In this document: piece by piece, positions 8,017 to 17,209 of the stretch
How the letters are laid out: each line of letters opens with the position of its first letter
Numbering within the stretch: the first letter of the stretch is position 1
DNA from: Candidatus Baldrarchaeum yapensis
Lineage (GTDB): Archaea > Asgardarchaeota > Baldrarchaeia > Baldrarchaeales > Baldrarchaeaceae
DNA length: 25,564 bases
Direction of reading: 5' to 3'
NCBI GenBank assembly: GCA_016840465.1
Contig: JAEOSH010000027.1
Coordinates: forward strand, 1-25,564
Notes under the pieces: generated by a model
Databases searched by the model: none
Told to the model about the DNA's origin: nothing
The model's input: the letters and a program-made list of their open reading frames with translations, nothing else
Translations under genes and position numbers: made by a program

Positions 8017-9545
8017 ACCGACAAGAGGATCGTAACAGCGCGATAATAGGGTCATGTATTGGGGAAGCAACACCGGAGCGCGTGACATTCATATCTAAAG
8101 GAGTACCTAAGGTTGGAGAGTATGTTGTACTTGAATATGATGGACGAAAGGTTCTCGGGATGATCGAGGCACTGGTCAGAGGCAGTGTTTCCATAACTGA
8201 GGACATCTTAGACCCTAGTGATGTCGAGAGGATAAAGAGAATAGAGGGAGATATTGATCATTACATAAAGGGGACAATAAGAATTCTTGGAGATGTCGAT
8301 TCGTTGATGATTCCGAGGATTCCTCCGCCACCGGGTACCGAGGTAAAAAGAGCCGATGATGGCGTTTTGCAGAATATTTTTGGCAACAATGGTAGATGTG
8401 TGCGACTTGGTGTTCTATTGAATCATCCAAACGTCCCCGTATACGTCGATGTTAATAGTATAATTTCTAGGCATCTTGCAATACTTGCCATAACGGGAGC
8501 AGGAAAGTCGAATACTGTTGCTGTACTAGTCGATGGTATTCTAAGGTACGGTGGATGTGTTCTGATATTTGACATGCATTCCGAGTACGTGGATACGAGG
8601 TTCAAGCATGGAGATGTAAATCCTATTGAGACGAAGATAAATCCCCTGTACCTCTCCTTCCCGGAACTTTCAAAACTGATGAAGATAGGAGAGAAGGCGT
8701 ATATTCAGGAAAGATATCTTCGTATGGCGTATAATGAGACGAGAGAGAGGTTCTTAAAGGGAGAAATTTCGGTGACCGAGTTCTTTTCATCTATGAAAAA
8801 GACCCTTCAAGAGTATCTCAGGACGGACCAATACAAGAAGGATAAGAACTCAATAATGGGGGTTATAAACAAGCTTGATGAACTCTTAGAAAAGTATGGA
8901 TTCATACTGAGTTTTTCAGCCCCAGATGTTGTTGATACGTTAAAACTCGGTGCGGCGAACATTGTTGATTTAGGCTGTGTAGACGAGGAAGTTGCCGATG
9001 TTGTGGTGAGCCATTTTCTGAGAAGAATATTGCAGGAAAGGAAAAATTATAAGATGCGCGGAGAGGGGCTCCGCTTTCCGATATTGATAGTAATCGAGGA
9101 GGCACATATCCTTGCGCCTAAAGATCGCGACACTTATTCTAAGTACTGGATAAGTAGAATAGCCCGTGAGGGGAGGAAGTTCGGGGTTGGGTTGTGCTTA
9201 GTTAGTCAAAGGCCAAAGTCTCTGGACGCGAATGCGCTCTCACAGGTCAATAACATGATAATTTTAAGGTTAGTAGAGCCGTCCGATCAGAGGCATGTTC
9301 AGGCAGCAAGCGAAATGCTAAGTGACGACCTCCTCGCACAATTGCCTTCACTCAATGTAGGAGAGGCTATTGTCCTCGGATTGATGATAAAAATTCCCGC
9401 CCTTGTGAAGATAGATAAGTTTGAGGGGAAAATATCAGGAGGAGATGTCGACGTGGTTGATGAATGGAGAAGACTGCATTTTCAGGAAAAAGATTCGGTT
9501 AAAAGGGAGCATGAGGAGTTAAAACAGTTAATGGGGGACTGGTAG
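8013..9545 (+). CDS. herA: Bipolar DNA helicase/ATPase HerA
   Basis: N-terminal HAS-barrel-like region (VGEYVV...VLGMI), Walker A AITGAGKSN, IFDMHSEY, Walker B IVIEEAH, RIAREGRKFGVGLCLVSQRP. Confidence 0.93.
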   Translation: MNRQEDRNSAIIGSCIGEATPERVTFISKGVPKVGEYVVLEYDGRKVLGMIEALVRGSVSITEDILDPSDVERIKRIEGDIDHYIKGTIRILGDVDSLMIPRIPPPPGTEVKRADDGVLQNIFGNNGRCVRLGVLLNHPNVPVYVDVNSIISRHLAILAITGAGKSNTVAVLVDGILRYGGCVLIFDMHSEYVDTRFKHGDVNPIETKINPLYLSFPELSKLMKIGEKAYIQERYLRMAYNETRERFLKGEISVTEFFSSMKKTLQEYLRTDQYKKDKNSIMGVINKLDELLEKYGFILSFSAPDVVDTLKLGAANIVDLGCVDEEVADVVVSHFLRRILQERKNYKMRGEGLRFPILIVIEEAHILAPKDRDTYSKYWISRIAREGRKFGVGLCLVSQRPKSLDANALSQVNNMIILRLVEPSDQRHVQAASEMLSDDLLAQLPSLNVGEAIVLGLMIKIPALVKIDKFEGKISGGDVDVVDEWRRLHFQEKDSVKREHEELKQLMGDW

Positions 9546-10676
9546 TTGATATTTGCACACTTCTCGGATTGTCACTTGGGTTATCGCCAGTATAATGTTG
9601 ATGAACGTGAAAACGACTTTTATGAGGCGTTTAACGAAGTTGTGGAGAGAATTCTGGAGGAGCATGTGGATTTCGTTATACACTCGGGTGACATGTTCGA
9701 GTATAGCAGACCCCCTACTAAGGCACTACTTGTTGTTAAGGAGGCAATGAGGAAATTCCAAGAGCGGGGCATACCCGTTTATGCCGTTCCTGGTAATCAC
9801 GACATTTCCATGAGGCGCGGAGCCATGCCACCGCATGTTCTCTTTAAGGACTACGGCATGCACTTGATCAGTTTAAAAAACTGCTATTACGAACATGATG
9901 ATGATGTCCTTATAGCTGGGTGTCCGTATATACCTCGTTTTTACTCCAGAACGCTTGCTGAGCATCTTCAAATACTTGCCAGGATCGCGGAGAAATACAA
10001 AAAGAGAATTTTGATACTCCACCAAGCCATTGATAGATACTTGCCATTTGATTATCAGATAAAAGTGAGCGACCTGCCCAAAAACTTTGACTATTACGCG
10101 CTTGGTCACGTGCATCTCAGGATAACGGACAGATTTGGGCGTGGTACTCTTGGTTATGCTGGCTCCATAGAGGTATGGAGAGTAGACGAGTGGTACGATT
10201 TTAGAAGGAGAGGAAAAGGTTTTTACATCGTGGATATTAGCGGGGATGAGGTGGAAGTTCACAGAATAAACATCGAAAGTGTACGTCCACACCTTATTGA
10301 GGAAGTGAATGTAGAGAACATGGACGGGCAACTTGAGGCGTTACTAAGAAAGTTGAGGAGTTTTGAGGGAAAGAAGCCAGTGCTTCATTTACTTGTGAAA
10401 GGCAAACATTACAACATTTCCCTTATACATAATAAGATTCTAAGGAAGTTGTCCAACCATGCATTGACGGTCAGAATTAATTATTCCATAGAGGAGGAGA
10501 GGACTTCTGAAGTTTTGCGGTCTGACAACATTAACGTGAGAGATCTTCTCGAAAAAGCGATAAAAAGCAAAGAACTCGCGGAACTCGCATACGAACTTTT
10601 CTGCTTGCTTTCGCGAGATGAAATCGAGGGCGCGCGAAAGGTGATAGACGACTTTTACAGGAGGGCATCCTTATGA
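9546..10676 (+). CDS. mre11: DNA repair exonuclease Mre11
   Basis: Phosphoesterase motifs SDCHLG, HSGDMF, PGNHD, LHQ and LGHVH. TTG start abuts the herA stop; ATGA overlap with rad50. Confidence 0.94.
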   Translation: MIFAHFSDCHLGYRQYNVDERENDFYEAFNEVVERILEEHVDFVIHSGDMFEYSRPPTKALLVVKEAMRKFQERGIPVYAVPGNHDISMRRGAMPPHVLFKDYGMHLISLKNCYYEHDDDVLIAGCPYIPRFYSRTLAEHLQILARIAEKYKKRILILHQAIDRYLPFDYQIKVSDLPKNFDYYALGHVHLRITDRFGRGTLGYAGSIEVWRVDEWYDFRRRGKGFYIVDISGDEVEVHRINIESVRPHLIEEVNVENMDGQLEALLRKLRSFEGKKPVLHLLVKGKHYNISLIHNKILRKLSNHALTVRINYSIEEERTSEVLRSDNINVRDLLEKAIKSKELAELAYELFCLLSRDEIEGARKVIDDFYRRASL

Positions 10677-13423
10677 TTATCAAAAAGGTCAAGCTTGAGA
10701 ACTTCATATCGCATGAAAATACAGAGGTAGAATTCGATCCCGGAATATCGGTATTCGTGGGTGATAATGGCGCTGGAAAGAGCAGCATACTGGACGCAAT
10801 AAGCTACTGCCTGTTTAAGGAACATAACAGGGGGAGAGTTGAAAATCTGATAAAAGCGGGAAAACAAAGAATGCGCTTGGAGTTAGAATTCATAGCGGGT
10901 GGCAGAACGTGGAAGGTTATACGGACGAGAGATAAACGGGGACGGGTTGAAGCTAGACTCTACGAGATAAGGGAAAACGGTCCGATAATAGTCAAATCCG
11001 GAGATGAGGCTGTAACAAGGGAGATAGAGAGGATAGTGGGTATAGACAAGAGCGTGTTTTTAAATGCTATTTACGTAAGGCAGGGCGAAATACACGGTCT
11101 CCTGCTTAGTACACCTGCCAAGCGAAAAGAAATAATTAGTAAGTTGTTAGGAATCGATGCGCTAGAAAGAGCCTACAAAAACCTCGGCTTGCTTTTAAAC
11201 ACCGAATATAAGGCTAGATTCGAGAAACTTAGGGAAAAAATTTCCAGAAAAGAGGAAATACAAAATAAAATTGTAGAATTAGAGACAACTATTAGCAAAA
11301 AGGAAGAACATTTGAAAAATATGATGTCTAGAAGGGAAGATGTAAACGCTGAACTTGAAAAACTTAGGAACTTGCTGGAAGATCTGGATAAGAAGCGTCA
11401 AGAATACGTTAATTTGGTCGCAGAGCTGAGGAGTACTTCTAATGAAATTAAAAGAATTTCCACGGAAATTTCGGAGAAGACCAAGGTGTTGGAGGAAATC
11501 GTTAAAGCGGAGAATAGAATTTCCGAGATAACTCCTCAAATAGAGAAAATCCAGCTATTAGAGGAACTCATCGAGTTAATCAATGAAATGAACAGGACTA
11601 CGACGGAGTTATCGTCAGTAAATGAAAAACTTCAAATGGTGGAGAGTCTCTCGAGAAAGGTCAAAATTCACGAGAGAGCATACCGAGAGTACCTTGAAAT
11701 TGAAAAACTTCTGACGGAAATGAAAATGAAGAGGAAAATGTATGAAGGAGCGGCAAGAGAACGGGAAAGATTGGTCCGAGAGTTGAGAATTATCGAAAGA
11801 GAGATGTTCGAGGAGGAACAGTGGCTTAAGAGAAAACTCTCCAGAATCGAGGAAATATTAGGCCAGACGATTGAGAAAGTTGAAGACGTAAAGCAGAAAA
11901 TTTCAACAGTATCAGCCCAAATAGAGGACCAAATAAAAAGGTGCACACGAGAAATAGAATCTGCCGAAAAAGATCTAATAATGCTTTCCGGGCTCTCCTA
12001 TAAGTACACTGAGCTCATAGAGGAGCTTAGGCGTGCTGGTGATGCATGTCCATTATGTGGGACGGTTATTGGAAAAGAGGGTATAAATCGACTTATTTCA
12101 TCATTAGAAGAGAAACTAAATGATATTACGGCCCAGAAATCAAAAATTGAGCATAGAGTTGGTGAGCTCAAGAGGCTTAAGAAAGAGTTGGAGGATAAGC
12201 TTAATAAGATTAGAAAAATCGATCTTGATGCGTTATTAAGAACGTATGAAAAAATGAAGGCACTTAGAGAAAGGAAAGAGAATATATTATTCGAAATCAG
12301 CAGGTTAGACGAGGAAGTTAGACATCTTAGCGAGATCGACAAGCAAATAATAGGTCTCGAGGAAAAACTTTCGATTCTTAAGGACGGATATCAGGAGTAC
12401 TTATCCGCGAGCAAAATGCTCGCGGAACTTCCTAGTGCTGATGAAATTCGTGCAAATAAGAAAAAATTGGAGGAGAGGGTGTCTTTAATATCTCAGAGAG
12501 TGTCGGATCTATGTCAGATAGCAAATGTAGATCCAGAAGTTGCAGCTGACGAGTTAAAGAAGTTGAAAAGGTTAAAAGAAGAGTACGATAGACTACGCGG
12601 CGTTGTAAGCATGAAGGGTGAAATGGAGAGGTCTCTGGAGGTTCTGAAGAGTACCCTCGAAAAGTATCAGAAAAGGTTTTCCGAGATCGAAATGCGCCTG
12701 CACAGAATTGGATACAACGAAGAAGAACATAAAAGGATAAAGGATTCGTTTGAAAGCAAAAGAAAGGAGTATGAATTGTTAATGGCAAAAATCAGCGCAT
12801 TAGAGGCGGAAATAAAGTCTTTAAATTCACAAAAGATCGATTTGCTCGAGAAATTGAAAGATATTGAGAAATGCGAAAAGGAATTAAAAAGAATGGAAAA
12901 GCTTATGGATTTATTGAATAAAATAAGAAATGCATTTTCAAAAGATGGAATACAATTGGATATAAGGAGGATGGCACGCCCTCTTATACAGAGATATTTG
13001 AGAACTATTTTTAACGAGTTTGGTATGGAATACTCCGATGTGGAAATCAGTGATGATTTTAATGTGAAAGTCTTGGGGCCCAACGGACAGGAAACGATCG
13101 ATATGATGAGTGGTGGTGAAAAGATCGCTCTAGGAATAGCATTACGTTTAGCTATCGCTAAGGCAATTGCCGGAGAAAGTATGGAAATGTTGCTACTAGA
13201 TGAACCTACGATCCATCTCGATAGGTACAGGAGGCGTGAACTTATTGAAATACTACGTAAGCTTGCGACAATTCCCCAACTGATCATAGTAACACACGAT
13301 AAGGAATTAGAGGATGCTGCAGATTACGTGTATGTAGTAAAGAAAGAAAGAGGTTCATCAAAGGTGCTTTCTACACGAGGCGGTGAGACTTTCAGCACTA
13401 TGCACGACACGACAACTTTTTAG
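10673..13423 (+). CDS. rad50: DNA double-strand break repair ATPase Rad50
   Basis: Walker A GDNGAGKSS, Q-loop YVRQGEI, long coiled coils, central zinc hook CPLCG, signature MSGGEK, Walker B/D-loop LLLDEPTIHLD, H-loop VTHD. Confidence 0.95.
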   Translation: MIIKKVKLENFISHENTEVEFDPGISVFVGDNGAGKSSILDAISYCLFKEHNRGRVENLIKAGKQRMRLELEFIAGGRTWKVIRTRDKRGRVEARLYEIRENGPIIVKSGDEAVTREIERIVGIDKSVFLNAIYVRQGEIHGLLLSTPAKRKEIISKLLGIDALERAYKNLGLLLNTEYKARFEKLREKISRKEEIQNKIVELETTISKKEEHLKNMMSRREDVNAELEKLRNLLEDLDKKRQEYVNLVAELRSTSNEIKRISTEISEKTKVLEEIVKAENRISEITPQIEKIQLLEELIELINEMNRTTTELSSVNEKLQMVESLSRKVKIHERAYREYLEIEKLLTEMKMKRKMYEGAARERERLVRELRIIEREMFEEEQWLKRKLSRIEEILGQTIEKVEDVKQKISTVSAQIEDQIKRCTREIESAEKDLIMLSGLSYKYTELIEELRRAGDACPLCGTVIGKEGINRLISSLEEKLNDITAQKSKIEHRVGELKRLKKELEDKLNKIRKIDLDALLRTYEKMKALRERKENILFEISRLDEEVRHLSEIDKQIIGLEEKLSILKDGYQEYLSASKMLAELPSADEIRANKKKLEERVSLISQRVSDLCQIANVDPEVAADELKKLKRLKEEYDRLRGVVSMKGEMERSLEVLKSTLEKYQKRFSEIEMRLHRIGYNEEEHKRIKDSFESKRKEYELLMAKISALEAEIKSLNSQKIDLLEKLKDIEKCEKELKRMEKLMDLLNKIRNAFSKDGIQLDIRRMARPLIQRYLRTIFNEFGMEYSDVEISDDFNVKVLGPNGQETIDMMSGGEKIALGIALRLAIAKAIAGESMEMLLLDEPTIHLDRYRRRELIEILRKLATIPQLIIVTHDKELEDAADYVYVVKKERGSSKVLSTRGGETFSTMHDTTTF

Positions 13424-13461
13424 TCATAGGGGGTATGACTAAGTCATAGGGGGTATGACTT
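13421..13461. repeat. Tandem 20-bp-period repeat of a perfect palindrome (putative operator array)
   Basis: TAGTCATA-GGGGG-TATGACTA (13421-13441) and AAGTCATA-GGGGG-TATGACTT (13441-13461); the 19-bp core AGTCATAGGGGGTATGACT is repeated exactly. Confidence 0.9.
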
Positions 13462-14551
13462 GCTATTTGACTTAAACGTCAAGGAAAGGCGTGAAGATTT
13501 CTTCAACTACGATAAGGAGTTAGAACTGCTAAAGCGGGCGATGAATGACGATATCACGAGGATGATTGTAATAAAAGGAATAAGAAGGATCGGCAAATCG
13601 TCACTGATAAGAGTCGCACTAAATGAACTCAAAATCCCATATGTACTTATAGATGCGCGCTTACTCGGAGTAGCGTCTGTCGAGGATTTATTAAGCGCCC
13701 TCGCCACTGCCCTAACTGATGCTATCAAAAAATTCGACTTTTTTAGAAAATTAAGGTCGGTTCTTACGAGGGTCTCTGGAATCGGTGTTGCCGGCCTTTC
13801 GGTCATCATAAGCGGGAAGAAGCTTTCTGTTTTTGCTGAGTTTATCAATTTACTTAATGAGTTTGCCGAAAAAGAAACAAAAAGAGTAGTAATGGTCTTT
13901 GACGAGGCACAAGATCTTAGAATGATAAGGGGATTTGAAAAGGTTCTTGCGCACGTTTATGATTACTGCAAGAATGTAAAAATAGTAATAGCAGGATCCG
14001 AAGTTGGGGTTCTCGACAGATTACTTGGAAAGAATAACCCGAAGGCACCTCTTTATGGTAGGGCGTACTTGGAAATTCCGATGAATAGACTGGACGCAGA
14101 ATCTTCTAAGGAATTTTTGAGAAGAGGCTTTGAGCAATTAGGCGTAAAAGTTGATGATAAGGACTTAAATGAGGCCGTAGCAAAATTAGACGGAATAATA
14201 GGATGGCTGACATTTTACGGTTATTATCGTTATCACTACGGTCATGAGGAGGCGTTGAGAAGAGCCGTCTCAGAAGGGACAAGTATCGTGAGGAGAGAAT
14301 TGGAAAACTTTTTAAGCATCCGGAGGCAGGCCAGAAGGAGGTATTTAACAATAATAAAATTGTTGAGGGAACCGCTATCATGGAGTGAAATAAAGAGAGG
14401 GTTGGAGTTGGAGTTAGGAATGAAGATTCATCAGCAACAGATATCTAGGTACCTAAGAGAACTCGTGGATTATGGGTTTTTAGAAAAACACGGGAATTTG
14501 TATAAACTTGCCGATCCGCTACTTTATGAGGCCGTTAAATCGCTGAAATGA
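13460..14551 (+). CDS. Archaeal ATPase (Arch_ATPase/ATPase_2-type, AAA+/STAND-like) with C-terminal winged helix
   Basis: MLFDLNVKERREDFFNYDKEL N-terminus typical of the family, Walker A GIRRIGKSS, Walker B VFDEAQ, IAGSEVG, APLYGR, C-terminal wHTH LSWSEIK...ISRYLRELVDYGFLEK...YKLADP. TTG start with GGGGGT SD. Confidence 0.85.
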   Translation: MLFDLNVKERREDFFNYDKELELLKRAMNDDITRMIVIKGIRRIGKSSLIRVALNELKIPYVLIDARLLGVASVEDLLSALATALTDAIKKFDFFRKLRSVLTRVSGIGVAGLSVIISGKKLSVFAEFINLLNEFAEKETKRVVMVFDEAQDLRMIRGFEKVLAHVYDYCKNVKIVIAGSEVGVLDRLLGKNNPKAPLYGRAYLEIPMNRLDAESSKEFLRRGFEQLGVKVDDKDLNEAVAKLDGIIGWLTFYGYYRYHYGHEEALRRAVSEGTSIVRRELENFLSIRRQARRRYLTIIKLLREPLSWSEIKRGLELELGMKIHQQQISRYLRELVDYGFLEKHGNLYKLADPLLYEAVKSLK

Positions 14552-14571
14552 TAAAAATATGAACGACATTC

Positions 14572-15189
14572 TTAGGAAATCTGCTCTTTGACGAGACCTT
14601 GTCCTTCGGCGATTCCTCTCCTAAAGGCTTCTATGTTGATGGATACAAATCTTGGTGGTATCACATCTTCTATGGCACGCTCTATTGACTCTTTACGCAG
14701 GGGTATTTTTCCTATGGAGTATACAACTCCTAGCATGAGAGTATTAAGGACTCTAACCGTGCCGACTTCCTTTGCAAGTTCCGTAAAATCTCGTGCAATA
14801 ATCTTCGACGAGAATTTTCTCATTTTTTCTAGTATTTCTTCTAGAGAGGGGTACCTTGCCAAACCTAAAGATACAACAGGAGGAATTATCGGGTGTGTGT
14901 TCATCAGAACAATGCTCTTACTCGAAACCTTATACGCTGCCCTCAATGCCTCTACTGGTTCCAAACTGATCAGTATGTCCGCACGCCCTTGAGGTATTAT
15001 TGGACTGTATACCTTATTACCGATGCGAACCTCACAAAATACCGAGCCGCCTCTTTGGGCCATTCCGTGGATTTCCCCAACACGGACTTTCTCACCTTCA
15101 AGTACGGCGGCATGCCCAAGTATTCGGGATAGTGTGAGCACACCGGTACCTCCAACTCCCACAATCATTATGTTAAACTCCTCTATCAT
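14572..15189 (-). CDS. iorB: Indolepyruvate:ferredoxin oxidoreductase beta subunit
   Basis: IVGVGGTGVLTLS, EIHGMAQRGGSV, LEPVEALR, NTLMLG; ATGA overlap with iorA. Confidence 0.92.
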   Translation of the reverse strand: MIEEFNIMIVGVGGTGVLTLSRILGHAAVLEGEKVRVGEIHGMAQRGGSVFCEVRIGNKVYSPIIPQGRADILISLEPVEALRAAYKVSSKSIVLMNTHPIIPPVVSLGLARYPSLEEILEKMRKFSSKIIARDFTELAKEVGTVRVLNTLMLGVVYSIGKIPLRKESIERAIEDVIPPRFVSINIEAFRRGIAEGQGLVKEQIS

Positions 15190-17066
15190 TTCGCCTCACC
15201 GATAGCGTTATGCGGGCAAACTTGAGCGCAAACACCGCATCCGATACATAACTCTTCGACAATTTGAGCATGCTTTCCATTCCACACAATTGCCGGGCAT
15301 CCAAACCTAGTTATGCAGATTTTACAACCCTTACATGCCTCTGGATCCACCTTATATGGTATTATCTTCTCTCCCTTCTCAAAACGTTCTCTTGTAGCGA
15401 GTAGTGCGCACTTTCGTCTGGCAACAATCACCGCAACTTCATCAGCCTCTAATGCCTCCTTAATAGCCCTTATTGTCTCTTCTAAATTATAGGGATCTAC
15501 AACCTTGACAAACTTAACACCGCATCCCTTTGCCACATCTTCAGCGGCAACAGCTGTACTTTTTTCTCCTAACCCGGTAATCCCGGTACCGGGGTGCGGT
15601 TGATGGCCTGTCATAGCAGTCGTTTCATTGTCGGCTATTACCAGAACGAATTTATGTTTATTATAGACAGCATTTATCAAACCTGGAATCCCGGCATGGA
15701 AGAACGTCGAATCACCGATTCCAGCCACTATTGCGCTATCTAAGACTTTAGATAGACCGCAAGAAGTTCCGATACTACTTCCCATGCAGAATAGTATATC
15801 AGCTGTCTTCAATGGAGGATTCAGTACTAATGTGTAACACCCTATATCGGTCGGATAGACAGCCTTGCCCTTAGTTGCCTCCTTAACAGCATAAAAAATG
15901 GCTCTATGAGGACATCCGGGGCATAATATTGGAGGACGAGGGGGTAATATTTCCTTAACTTCCTTTTCATAAACTTCCATGGTGTTTGAATTTCCAGAGT
16001 GATGTTTGATGCCAAACGCATTGCAAATCGCATTTAATACCACATCAGGAGATAATTCGTGAAATCTTGGGAGAAGTCCTTCCCTTTTCCCTAAAATTTT
16101 TACGTTTAACCCATGTTCGTACGCTAGCATCTTCACTTGTAGTTCCAGGTAAGGTTCTAACTCCTCAACGACGATAACTTTTTCGCACCGCTTGAGGAAG
16201 TCTATGACGATCTGTTCAGGAAGGGGATTCGTCATTCCGAGTTTAAGCACATCGACATCTATATTAAGCATATGTAGTGCATCCATGACACAATTAAACG
16301 CTGCACCCGAAGTTATAACACCGTATTCGCTAGTTCCTTCACCTTCTATGATCGCATTGAATTCGCATTTCTCAGAAATCTCCTTAGCCTTTTCCATCTT
16401 TTCCAGTAACGCTATGTGCAGCCGCCTCGCATGGGCGGGCACCGGAACATATCTTTGAGGATCCTTCTCAAAACTTCCCTTAAGGCTGGGCCTTTGGATA
16501 GGGCCTAAGGTTACATCTGCTCTCATATGGCTAATACGCGTGGTTGTTCTTAACAGTACCGGTAGCTTCAACTCCTCGGAAATTCGCAGACCATATAGCA
16601 CCATATCCTTGGCCTCTTGTGGGTTTGCGGGTTCTAACATCGGGACCCCTGAAAGTAGGGCATAATATCGATTATCTTGCTCATTCTGCGATGACCAACA
16701 GGATGGGTCGTCCGCGCTGACAACAATCATTCCTGCGTTCACGCCCACGTACGCTAGTGTCATAAAGGGGTCTGCCGCAACATTTAATCCTACATGTTTC
16801 ATGGCGGTCATCGCCCTTACTCCAGCGATTGCGGCTGCACCTGCAACCTCCATTGCCACTTTTTCGTTCGTCGAGTATTCCATGTACATACCTATCCTTT
16901 TTGCGACGAGTGCGAGAGTATCTGCGATCTCCGAAGCTGGGGTTCCAGGATATGTAGTAAAAACCCCGATACCTCCCTCTATAGCGCCACGGGCTATTGC
17001 TTCATTTCCTAGAAGGAGAACACGCGTCCCTGGTGCATCTAGTGATATTATTTCCTCTAGGCTCAC
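15186..17066 (-). CDS. iorA: Indolepyruvate:ferredoxin oxidoreductase alpha subunit
   Basis: LLLGNEAIARGA, YPGTPASE, STNEKVA, MKHVGLNVAADP, SQNEQDNR, LCPGCPHR, TPP-binding IGDSTFFHAG...DNETTAMTGHQ, C-terminal 2x[4Fe-4S] CKGCKIC..CP / CIGCGVC..CP. Confidence 0.94.
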   Translation of the reverse strand: MSLEEIISLDAPGTRVLLLGNEAIARGAIEGGIGVFTTYPGTPASEIADTLALVAKRIGMYMEYSTNEKVAMEVAGAAAIAGVRAMTAMKHVGLNVAADPFMTLAYVGVNAGMIVVSADDPSCWSSQNEQDNRYYALLSGVPMLEPANPQEAKDMVLYGLRISEELKLPVLLRTTTRISHMRADVTLGPIQRPSLKGSFEKDPQRYVPVPAHARRLHIALLEKMEKAKEISEKCEFNAIIEGEGTSEYGVITSGAAFNCVMDALHMLNIDVDVLKLGMTNPLPEQIVIDFLKRCEKVIVVEELEPYLELQVKMLAYEHGLNVKILGKREGLLPRFHELSPDVVLNAICNAFGIKHHSGNSNTMEVYEKEVKEILPPRPPILCPGCPHRAIFYAVKEATKGKAVYPTDIGCYTLVLNPPLKTADILFCMGSSIGTSCGLSKVLDSAIVAGIGDSTFFHAGIPGLINAVYNKHKFVLVIADNETTAMTGHQPHPGTGITGLGEKSTAVAAEDVAKGCGVKFVKVVDPYNLEETIRAIKEALEADEVAVIVARRKCALLATRERFEKGEKIIPYKVDPEACKGCKICITRFGCPAIVWNGKHAQIVEELCIGCGVCAQVCPHNAIGEAK

Positions 17067-17209
17067 TCTCCGTCACCAGAAATATATGGGTCTCTTAGGG
17101 ATAATAAAGGTCAATTTTTGTTACCCATTATACGCGTCCTGAGTATAGAAAAGTGAACTTCCTCTTTCAATCCCAATATGTATCCGTTAAAAATGGTAAA
17201 ATGAAAATA

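Noticed and set aside
11200-12950. Purine-rich quasi-periodic sequence in rad50
   Set aside because: Ordinary coiled-coil heptad coding; not a DNA repeat array.
7248-13848. Longer antisense ORFs (7248-7658, 9873-10331, 11998-12342, 12432-12788, 12667-13287, 13507-13848)
   Set aside because: They lie fully opposite strongly supported genes and have the Ser/Phe/Leu/Ile-rich composition expected from reverse-complemented Glu/Lys-rich coding DNA.
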